Source of the DNA: Coleofasciculus chthonoplastes F2-STO-03
Lineage (GTDB): Bacteria; Cyanobacteriota; Cyanobacteriia; Cyanobacteriales; Coleofasciculaceae
Direction: 5' to 3'
NCBI GenBank assembly: GCA_040222015.1
Contig: JAVJWO010000137.1
Coordinates: forward strand, 1-47,103
DNA: 47,103 nt
Shown here piece after piece: positions 1-7,839 of this stretch (positions within the stretch are counted from its first letter, which is position 1; the number at the start of each line of letters is the position of its first letter). The translations under genes were made by a program, and so were the position numbers. Below the pieces are notes generated by a model, which saw only the letters and a program-made list of their open reading frames with translations, had not been told where the DNA came from and searched no databases.

Positions 1-71
1 TTAGCTTTCTTAGCCGGAAGCCCCACACCATACCTGAGTGCAGGTTGGTGTTGGGATGGATAGGCGGTCAA
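1..71. mobile_element. IS200/IS605-family element end (subterminal hairpin); probably the left end of an element running leftward out of the window
   Basis: Imperfect hairpin CCCCACACCATACCTG-AGTG-CAGGTTGGTGTTGGG (21-55) preceded by GAAG; minus strand reads TTGAC-CGCCTATCCATCCC...GGGGCTTCCGGCTAAGAAAGCTAA, resembling cyanobacterial IS1341-type ends; similar to hairpin at 328-373. Confidence 0.6.
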
Positions 72-260
72 TACAGCTTGAATATACTACCTTAGTAAGA
101 TACAGGTTAATCAAATAAAGCTAATCGCTTCCTGTATATTGAACCAAGACAACCTGGCATAGCGGGTTCCGTCCAGAAACAGGCTACACGTAGTCGCATC
201 TGTGGACGGGTAAAATTCCCGCAGCTACATTGGTGTTGAACATTTTTGTATTGTTCCGGC

Positions 261-373
261 GCGGTGGGGCATCCCGTGCCGTTAATAAAGCTCAGTTAAT
301 GTCCTAACCAATAGGTGGAGTCGCTGAGAAGCCCACATCATAATTTTTTTGATTGGATGTGGGAGTATGTCAC
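261..373 (+). mobile_element. Remnant 3' tip of tnpB plus IS200/IS605 right end
   Basis: Translates (with frameshift/stop) to AVGHPV..NKAQLMS*PIGGVAEKPTS, like cyanobacterial TnpB C-termini; followed by hairpin GAAGCCCACATC..GATGTGGGAG and terminal TCAC (370-373). Confidence 0.65.
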
Positions 374-540
374 AGTGTGATAACTCTGGCGAGGAAAACC
401 CCATCCAAATTGGATGCAATGCCACTTTGTAGGGGCATTACTGGCGATTTATCCCACGCTGAATAAAAAATTGCAGCGTGGGGAACCTATCGCCAGATTA
501 GTTAAAAACTAAAGATAAACGACCGGGATTAGCAAAGCTG

Positions 541-2556
541 GTGGAAAAAGGAACACTTATCGAATTTCGTGTGCAAGGCGATCGTCATCTAGCGATTGTA
601 GACCGCCCAGAGGGCAAAACGCGCTGGGCGGTTATCGACAAACAGGGTCAATCTCACACGCTTCATCCCCGGCAAGTGACCTATGAAGTCCAGGATGGTA
701 CATTTGACGTCTCAGAAATTCCCGACTTTATCAGCCAAGTCGAACCCTATCTCGATCCATCCAGCCTAGAAGTGGCATGGGAATTGCTGGTGGAAGAGGG
801 AAAAGCGGTAACCTGTGCGGAAATGGCACAGCTTTTGTTTTCTGACCAAAGCCCACCCCTATGTTATGCGGCTCACTGCTTGCTATCGGACGACAAACTA
901 TACTTTAAACAAAAAGCCGATAGCTATGAACCGCGTCCAGCTACGAAAGTGGCTGAAATGAAACACCAACAATTAGCCGCCGAATCGAAGCAGCGAGAGC
1001 AAGAAGAATTTTTAACCCGCACTCAACAGAAACTCAATGGCGAAGCGGTAGAGTGGCAAGAGAGCGATCGCACTCGCTTTGAACTCCTAGAACGGTTTGT
1101 CCTTTATCCAGAAAATACCTCTCGTGCAGCCCAAGATATACTAGCTACTCTGGATCGCCCGCAAACTCCCCAAGCGGCGTTCGATCTGTTGGTAGACTTA
1201 GGCTTATGGAGTCCTCACGAGAATCTGTTTTTGCGGCGCTCATCTTACCCTGTTCACTTTCGTCGTGAGGTGCTTGACTTGGTGCAACACTACCTGGATT
1301 CTCCACCTCCCGACCCTGATCAAGACCGCTTAGACTTAACTCATTTGAAGGTATACACCGTTGATGATGAGAGTACCTCAGAAATCGACGATGGGTTGAG
1401 TTTAGAACAACTCGAAGAGGGTAAAGAACGTCTGTGGATTCATATTGCTGATCCAACCCGCTTAGTCAGACCCGACGACGAACTGGATCGAGAAGCCCGA
1501 CGGCGCAGTACGACACTCTATTTGCCGACGGGGATGATTTCCATGTTTCCCCCTGAACTGGCAACGGGTCCGATGAGTTTGGTGGAGGGTCAAGTTTGCC
1601 CAACACTAAGTTTTGGGGTAATCCTGGATGAAGATGGCAGTGTTCAAGAGTACAAGATTCACCCTAGTCTGATTAAACCCACCTATCGCCTCACCTACGA
1701 AGATGTGGATGAAATGTTGGAACTGGGGGTGAAGGCAGAATCAGAAATAGACGCGATCGCGAAATGGGCAAAGCGTCGTCAAGAATGGCGGTCAAGTCAG
1801 GGTGCGATTAGTATCCACATGCCAGAGGCGGTGATTAAAGTCCAGGATGAAGATGAAATCATTATTCAGGTTTTAGAGGATTCCCAAGCGCGGCTAATGG
1901 TCGCAGAAATGATGATTCTAGCCGGGGAAGTCGCTGGACGTTACGGTCAAAGCCATCAAATTCCCCTCCCCTTTCGCGGACAACCTCAGCCGGAACTGCC
2001 CTCTGATGAAGAACTGCTGATATTGCCGCCTGGTCCAGTGCGCTTCTGTGCCATGCGGCGCTGTATGCCTCGCAGTGAAATGAGTATTACTCCCCTGCGT
2101 CATGCGGGTTTGGGTTTGGAAACTTATACCCAAGTTACTTCTCCTATCCGCCGTTATACGGATTTGCTGAATCATTTTCAACTAAAAGCCCACCTGCGTG
2201 GTGATCCTTTACCCTTTTCAGCTCAATACCTGCAAGAAACCATGCAGAGCGTGACTACAGCCGCATCAGAAGCCGCGATGGTGGAACGCCAAACCAATCG
2301 CTATTGGGGATTGGAATATTTACGGCGTCACCCGGATCAAGTGTGGCAAGCATTAATGCTGCGTTGGTTGCGCGAACACGACAACTTGGGCTTGATTCTG
2401 TTAGAAGATTTAGGATTAGAGTTAGTCATGCGGTTTAAGCGATCCATTAGACTAGGCGATCGCTTAGATGTTCAGGTAACTCATGCCGATCCACGTCAAG
2501 ATGTGATTCAGTTTCGAGAACTGATGGATCAGGCGGTTGAACCTGCTGCTACATAG
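541..2556 (+). CDS. Ribonuclease II/R family (RNB domain) exoribonuclease
   Basis: RNB motifs TVDDESTSEIDDGLS, WIHIADP, HAGLGLETYTQVTSPIRRYTDLLNH; GTG start. Confidence 0.93.
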   Translation: MEKGTLIEFRVQGDRHLAIVDRPEGKTRWAVIDKQGQSHTLHPRQVTYEVQDGTFDVSEIPDFISQVEPYLDPSSLEVAWELLVEEGKAVTCAEMAQLLFSDQSPPLCYAAHCLLSDDKLYFKQKADSYEPRPATKVAEMKHQQLAAESKQREQEEFLTRTQQKLNGEAVEWQESDRTRFELLERFVLYPENTSRAAQDILATLDRPQTPQAAFDLLVDLGLWSPHENLFLRRSSYPVHFRREVLDLVQHYLDSPPPDPDQDRLDLTHLKVYTVDDESTSEIDDGLSLEQLEEGKERLWIHIADPTRLVRPDDELDREARRRSTTLYLPTGMISMFPPELATGPMSLVEGQVCPTLSFGVILDEDGSVQEYKIHPSLIKPTYRLTYEDVDEMLELGVKAESEIDAIAKWAKRRQEWRSSQGAISIHMPEAVIKVQDEDEIIIQVLEDSQARLMVAEMMILAGEVAGRYGQSHQIPLPFRGQPQPELPSDEELLILPPGPVRFCAMRRCMPRSEMSITPLRHAGLGLETYTQVTSPIRRYTDLLNHFQLKAHLRGDPLPFSAQYLQETMQSVTTAASEAAMVERQTNRYWGLEYLRRHPDQVWQALMLRWLREHDNLGLILLEDLGLELVMRFKRSIRLGDRLDVQVTHADPRQDVIQFRELMDQAVEPAAT

Positions 2557-2562
2557 AAGGCA

Positions 2563-2632
2563 GAGGAGATGAGGGAGCAGGGGGAGCAGGGGGAGCAGGG
2601 GGAGCAGGGGGAGCAGGGGGAGATGGGGAAGC
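2563..2632. repeat. G-rich 9-mer tandem repeat (GGGGAGCAG)n
   Basis: Four exact copies at 2581-2616 plus degenerate flanking copies. Confidence 0.9.
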
Positions 2633-2695
2633 AAAGGACGAATGACAAATGACGAATGACGAATGACGAATGACAAATGACCAATGACAAATGAC
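2633..2695. repeat. STRR-type heptamer repeat (NAATGAC), 9 units, overlapping rimM start
   Basis: aaaggac gaatgac aaatgac gaatgac gaatgac gaatgac aaatgac caatgac aaatgac. Confidence 0.9.
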
Positions 2696-3295
2696 GACTG
2701 GCTAGAAATTGGCAAAATTGTAGCTCCTCAAGGAATGAAAGGAGAACTGCGAGTCTATCCCAATTCTGATTTTCCCGAACGCTTCGAGAAACCGGGACAA
2801 CGTTGGTTAAAGCAATCTCATGATAGTCAACCGCAACCCGTGGAATTATTAGGGGGGCGTTACGTTCCAGGTAAAGGGATCTATGTCGTGAAACTTGCTG
2901 GGGTAGAAAACCGGGAACAAGCCGAAGCGTTACGGGATGCAACGCTATTGGTTCCAGAGAGCGATCGCCCGAAGTTGGGAGAGAATGAATATCATGTCCT
3001 AGATGTGCTGGATTTGGAGGTTTTCAACCAGTTAACTGGGGAAGCTGTCGGTGTCGTCTTGGATGTGATTCCGGCGGGGAATATGCTTTTAGAAGTCAAA
3101 CTCCACCAGCAACCTGAACCAACCCCAGCTAAACCAGAAGCGCCACTCCCGAACAGAATTAGTAAGCAACGGAAAGTAAAGAAAAAACAATCCAAGCCAG
3201 TAACCGTTTTAATTCCTTTTGTCGATGAAATTGTGCCAGTGGTAGATATTGAAAATGGTCGGATTGAGATTACACCGCCTCAAGGATTGCTATGA
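2684..3295 (+). CDS. rimM: 16S rRNA processing protein RimM
   Basis: WLEIGKIVAPQGMKGELRV, REQAEALR, EYHVLDV, LIPFVDEIVPVVD..I.ITPP.GLL; Pro/Lys-rich insert in C-terminal domain. Confidence 0.95.
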   Translation: MTNDDWLEIGKIVAPQGMKGELRVYPNSDFPERFEKPGQRWLKQSHDSQPQPVELLGGRYVPGKGIYVVKLAGVENREQAEALRDATLLVPESDRPKLGENEYHVLDVLDLEVFNQLTGEAVGVVLDVIPAGNMLLEVKLHQQPEPTPAKPEAPLPNRISKQRKVKKKQSKPVTVLIPFVDEIVPVVDIENGRIEITPPQGLL

Positions 3296-3426
3296 TTTTT
3301 TTCTGAACTATTTCTTTGAATAGAACCTATTTGGATCAGGATTTTGACTCAGTTAAACACCCATTACCTATTACCTCCCCTCACCACCAGACTGATTCAT
3401 ACCAAGTTGCAGTCTAAGGTAGAATC

Positions 3427-3506
3427 TGTCATGCTGAGCAGAATGCAGTGAAACGGAATGACGCTCGCGCATCTGTCCAGATTCTTCGCTTCGCTCTCCA
3501 ATGACA
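3427..3506. repeat. Degenerate palindromic REP/MITE-like element
   Basis: TGTCATGCTGAGC...AGATTCTTCGCTTCGCTCTCCAATGACA with imperfect inverted ends. Confidence 0.6.
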
Positions 3507-3563
3507 TGATAGAACGCAAGTTGGTATCAGCAAGCCCTATCACAGTGCAATCACTTCTCTCCC

Positions 3564-3625
3564 GTAGGGTGCGTTCCTTCAAATAACCCTTTATCTCAAA
3601 CCAAACTTCCTCATAAGAACGCACC
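3564..3625 (+). repeat. GTAG-type REP hairpin
   Basis: GTAG-GGTGCGTTC ... GAACGCACC inverted arms. Confidence 0.65.
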
Positions 3626-3693
3626 ATCCTCAATTTCCCTTAGAATAGATTAAAACTACCAATTACCTGACTTAAAAACCTATCCATATCGCC

Positions 3694-4317
3694 ATGTCCA
3701 AGACCAGAATTTTGCAAGAAGGACAATCTTATACCTTTCGTTCCTATTTTGAGATGCCCTACGAGGCAGAGGAAATTCTGGCTGAGTTTGATTATACTTT
3801 AGTGCGATCGCGTTTAGTTTTGCCAGTCAGCGATCGCCCCTTTCAGGGACTACCCGAATTGAAGCAGCGCTTGGAAGATGCGTTGTTGATAGTCAGCTTA
3901 AGTAGTGAAGCAGCACGACGGGAAGCTTTAGTATTTCCAGTATTGCTAGAAGTTGCCCGCTTTTGCCAGTGCCAGATTCGCATTGAGTATCCCTTAAACG
4001 TCAACAATTGGCTGAAAGGCACTTTAGACTACTTACTCCGTCGAGAACACAGCTTGTTAGTTATTGAAGCTAAAAATGATGACCTTTCTAGAGGGTTTAC
4101 TCAGTTGGCAGTGGAACTCATTGCTTTAGCGCAAGCCGAAGAAAAAGAGGTGCTGTATGGGGCTGTAACAATCGGCAATGTTTGGAATTTTGGCAAATTA
4201 GATGTTAAGGAATTAAAAATTAAGCAAGACATTACCCTTTATCGCGTTCCTGATGACTTAGAGCAACTTGCTCACATCCTTTTGGGAATTGTCGCTGGCG
4301 AATTGTCTGATGAATAA
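3694..4317 (+). CDS. Hypothetical protein, PD-(D/E)XK / HsdR N-terminal-like family
   Basis: SEAARRE.LV.PVL, GTLDYLL, LVIEAK, QLAVELIAL, YGAVTIG..W.F pattern. Confidence 0.7.
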   Translation: MSKTRILQEGQSYTFRSYFEMPYEAEEILAEFDYTLVRSRLVLPVSDRPFQGLPELKQRLEDALLIVSLSSEAARREALVFPVLLEVARFCQCQIRIEYPLNVNNWLKGTLDYLLRREHSLLVIEAKNDDLSRGFTQLAVELIALAQAEEKEVLYGAVTIGNVWNFGKLDVKELKIKQDITLYRVPDDLEQLAHILLGIVAGELSDE

Positions 4318-4570
4318 ACAACAAATCTAGTTAATAAGAATTAAAATCATAAACTATTAAACGGTTCGGCATTTAAACTTTATCATCAATTTCTAGAGCC
4401 ATTATAACGACATGAACTGACCCTGAGAGGAGTTGGTTATGGCAAGCAAGCAAGCCATGCTAATCTAGCGATCGCATCATCTCCACCAACAAGCGTGACT
4501 GCGCCTTAGCGATCGCGAGCAGGTGGGACAAGCTTATGCTATTATTAATAGAATTATTGGGGAATGCAAG

Positions 4571-6481
4571 ATGTTAAGCCTCAAGCCACTCGGATTTTCC
4601 ATCGCGATCGCTACAGCGTTACTTTCTCTGAGCCTTGATAGTAAACCGATTCAAGCTCAATCCATAACACCTGCTGATGGGACAAATACCATCGTTACTC
4701 CCGATGGCAACCGTATCGATATTAGCGGCGGTATGTTGTCCGGAGATGGCAGCAATCTCTTCCACCACTTTCAGAAATTTGGCTTGAGTCAGGGGGAAAT
4801 TGCTAACTTCATCTCCAACCCAACAATTCGCAACATTTTGGCGGGAGTTGTCGGTGGGGAAGCGTCCCTGATTAATGGGCTGATTCATGTGACAGGGGGA
4901 AATTCTAACCTGTTTTTAATGAATCCGGCTGGAATTGTTTTTGGCAGTCAGGCGAGTTTAAATCTTCCAGCGGCTTTTACGGCGACGACAGCCAGCAGCA
5001 TTGGGTTTGACGGGGGTCAGTTTAATGCTGTGGGTGACAATAATTATCAAGCACTCATGGGTGATCCCAATGCCTTTTCCTTTGCCATGGAACAGCCAGG
5101 AAGCATTATTAATGCAGGTGATTTGGCTGTGGTTGAGGGGCAAAAGCTGACGGTTGTTGCGGGAAATGTGATTAATACAGGAACCTTCTCTGCACCTGGG
5201 GGAAAAATTAGCGTTGCGGCTGTACCCGGAACCAGTCAGGTGGTGATTAATCAAGAAAATATGGCATTGGGTTTAAAGCTGGATGTAGCCGATTTAAATG
5301 ATAATGGGATTGGTGATGTCTCTCCTGCAAGTCTGGCGCAGTTAGTCACAGGTGGAACTCTCATTCCAGCCACAGAAATTCAAGTTGATGATCAGGGTCA
5401 AGTCTGGTTAGCCGCTTCAAATCAGCCAATTCCTACAGAAACGGGAACCGCTGTTATTTCTGGAATGCTTGATGCTTCTGATAGTGGAACGGGGGGAACG
5501 GTTCAGCTTATCGGGCAACAATTAGATTTATATGATGCAAAAATTAAGAGTGGCACAGTATTACTTGAGGCGATAGGGGATATCTCTCTTGTTTCTGGAA
5601 CTATCGATGCTTCTGATACTATTAACTTTTCTGACGTTGGTGGCAACATAACGGTTACCACGACCAATGGAGAAGTTGCTCAGGGTAACATTAATATTGA
5701 TGATGACAGCATAGCTTTTTTTGTTAGTGATAATCAGGTAATTTTTGGGGACAATATTGTTAATGATCCGACGGCTTCTGACTCAGGTGGCAGTATAACT
5801 ATTACCGCTACTGATGAGATAACTACTAACGGGAATAATTCTAGCGATGGTGGCAGCATAACTATCACCAGTGATGGAGGAATTACCAACGGGAACGGTT
5901 CTAGTGGAGAGGAAACTCCTGACGGAAATTCTGGAGGGGAAATTGTTCTTGAACCCGGAATCAATACAGAGACTCCCAACACTGATTCTAATACTTCTGA
6001 AGAGACTCTGGAAACGGATACTGAAACCGTTGGCATCAATACGGTAAACTCTGAAATAGAGCCAAAAACGATTGAAGATGACATCGATTCCTCAGATTTA
6101 CTAATTACTCCAATTGTCAATCAAGCCGTTAATCCAGCCATACAATCGGTTAATAGCACCCCGCCAAGTCTTCCAGTCAAACTTCAGCCCAGCGAAGTTG
6201 ACCCTGTACTCGACTGGACAGGTAATATCGCACAAGATTCACTAAGGGCAAATAACTTCAGCCGAACTAGAGGAATAGAGACGCTGGCAAACACTCAACG
6301 CCACTGGAATAATTTTATGGAAGCGGTGAAAGCTGAAGATGCCAATGATATAACACGCCAACGGATATCTGATGCCGTCATTAATCATATGCAAACTAAT
6401 ATAGGACAAGAAATTAATCAAAGATATTGTTCTATCGCCAGAAATGGAGTTGATTGCGAAGAAGAAAAAGTAAAGCCCTGA
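4571..6481 (+). CDS. Filamentous haemagglutinin-family TpsA exoprotein (copy 1)
   Basis: Signal peptide ending IQAQ; TPS domain motifs NLFHHFQKFGL, NLFLMNPAGIVFG; ATG 4571 chosen by homology with copy 2 (ORF track starts 4523). Confidence 0.88.
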   Translation: MLSLKPLGFSIAIATALLSLSLDSKPIQAQSITPADGTNTIVTPDGNRIDISGGMLSGDGSNLFHHFQKFGLSQGEIANFISNPTIRNILAGVVGGEASLINGLIHVTGGNSNLFLMNPAGIVFGSQASLNLPAAFTATTASSIGFDGGQFNAVGDNNYQALMGDPNAFSFAMEQPGSIINAGDLAVVEGQKLTVVAGNVINTGTFSAPGGKISVAAVPGTSQVVINQENMALGLKLDVADLNDNGIGDVSPASLAQLVTGGTLIPATEIQVDDQGQVWLAASNQPIPTETGTAVISGMLDASDSGTGGTVQLIGQQLDLYDAKIKSGTVLLEAIGDISLVSGTIDASDTINFSDVGGNITVTTTNGEVAQGNINIDDDSIAFFVSDNQVIFGDNIVNDPTASDSGGSITITATDEITTNGNNSSDGGSITITSDGGITNGNGSSGEETPDGNSGGEIVLEPGINTETPNTDSNTSEETLETDTETVGINTVNSEIEPKTIEDDIDSSDLLITPIVNQAVNPAIQSVNSTPPSLPVKLQPSEVDPVLDWTGNIAQDSLRANNFSRTRGIETLANTQRHWNNFMEAVKAEDANDITRQRISDAVINHMQTNIGQEINQRYCSIARNGVDCEEEKVKP

Positions 6482-6539
6482 TGTTTTGTGGATAAATTGA
6501 TTTCTTCTAGAGTATTGATCAATAAAAAATCAATTTATT

Positions 6540-6608
6540 GTAGGGTGGGTTAGGCGGATACTTCATCAGGAAGATAACTTTTTAATCAGGTGTCCGCCGT
6601 AACCCACC
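6540..6608 (+). repeat. GTAG-type REP hairpin
   Basis: GTAG-GGTGGGTTAGGCGGA ... TCCGCCGTAACCCACC. Confidence 0.65.
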
Positions 6609-6629
6609 AATACTATCATTTACCCACAA

Positions 6630-6749
6630 TTAAGTAGAATGGGACTGAAATTTTGGCTGGTGGGTTTCGACTTCGCAAGGGTCCACCCTGCGGTATATCA
6701 AGGGTATCGGCAATGGAAAACTGCTTAATATCAGTGCCATTCCAGTTAA
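6630..6749. mobile_element. MITE-like element with 19-bp imperfect terminal inverted repeats
   Basis: TTAAGTAGAATGGGACTGA vs TCAGTGCCATTCCAGTTAA (16/19 complementary); related element at 36178-36277. Confidence 0.55.
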
Positions 6750-6788
6750 GTATAAGCCAGCCAGAATTTTCTGAGGTAAAAAATAATT

Positions 6789-7238
6789 ATGTGGCTACGT
6801 TATATTTCTGCAATCACAATCTTAGCTTTTACCCTAACTCCTGCTAACGCTTTAGCTGAATCCCAACCTATCCCACGCCAGTCGCAAGCCCAAAGGATAG
6901 AGACGTACACGCCGCCTGAACCCTCACAAATCGTAGAAGAATTAGGATTAACTGAGGAACAAATTGCCCAACTGAATCAAATCCGTCGCCAATTTACTCC
7001 CTTAATTGAACCTCTATACGAGGAATGGAACAAAGCACAACAAGAACTAGAAACATTAATCGTCAGCGCCGACGCCTCAGAAACTCAGGTGCGCCAAAAG
7101 TACGATGATGTTGAAGCGTTACGAGCGCGAATTTCCCAGTTGCAATTTGAGCGGAGAATGGCGATACGAGAGATATTAAAACCTGAGCAACGTCTTCCTT
7201 TTGAGGAATATATACAACGATTTGCGGATAACTTATAA
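6789..7238 (+). CDS. Spy/CpxP (LTXXQ) family periplasmic helical protein (copy 1)
   Basis: Signal peptide; LGLTEEQ and ILKPEQR motifs. Confidence 0.85.
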   Translation: MWLRYISAITILAFTLTPANALAESQPIPRQSQAQRIETYTPPEPSQIVEELGLTEEQIAQLNQIRRQFTPLIEPLYEEWNKAQQELETLIVSADASETQVRQKYDDVEALRARISQLQFERRMAIREILKPEQRLPFEEYIQRFADNL

Positions 7239-7306
7239 AAAGATGTGAGTTCTCAATGGGGAGAAGATGATTCGATTTTGAGGGAGATTATTTAGTTCTC
7301 TGTGTC

Positions 7307-7367
7307 AATCTGTGTCTCTCACGATTCAGTCTGCTGTCTGTGTCATCCTATCTGTGGAATCTGTGTT
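7307..7367. repeat. Dispersed ~60-bp repeat, second copy at 42372-42433
   Basis: AATCTGTGT...TCACGATT.AGTCT...GTGTCAT...AATCTGTGTT aligns with 42372-42433. Confidence 0.6.
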
Positions 7368-7839
7368 TTTGTCAATGCTTTGTAATAAATTTTATCGCAA
7401 CTTTAACGAAATACATGCGTCCACGGGGAGGTTGGGCGTGAGACGAAGACAACAAATTCAGCCAAATTTGACGAAAAATTTAGGGGTTTAGCTGTGTCAA
7501 GATTATTTTTGCCCACAAAACACCCACAATAGATAATATACCCGAAAATCGCACAACCATCTCACAATCGCTGCAACCCCTAAAAATTCGTGGATTTTTC
7601 CGAAAAAGGGGTACAAAACATGCAATTATGACGTTTTATTGAGATGTGCGACTGATTGGAAGATTTAAACCTTTTTGGACAAAAAAGTAGTTTTAATTAT
7701 CAAAGCTTGACAAATTTAGCCTAAACAAGACTGAGGAAAGCCAAGGAAATGTCTTGGCGATCGGGATCAGGCGGGAAAAACTTATGCTATTCTTAAATAG
7801 AACTAAATAGAATTAAATAGAATTATTGAGGAATGCAGG

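Noticed and set aside
2464..2942. Minus-strand ORFs with PLL/SPC repeats
   Set aside because: Artefacts of tandem repeats and antisense to RNase II/rimM
3100..3205. Pro/Lys-rich insertion in RimM
   Set aside because: Variable low-complexity inserts at this position are common in cyanobacterial RimM
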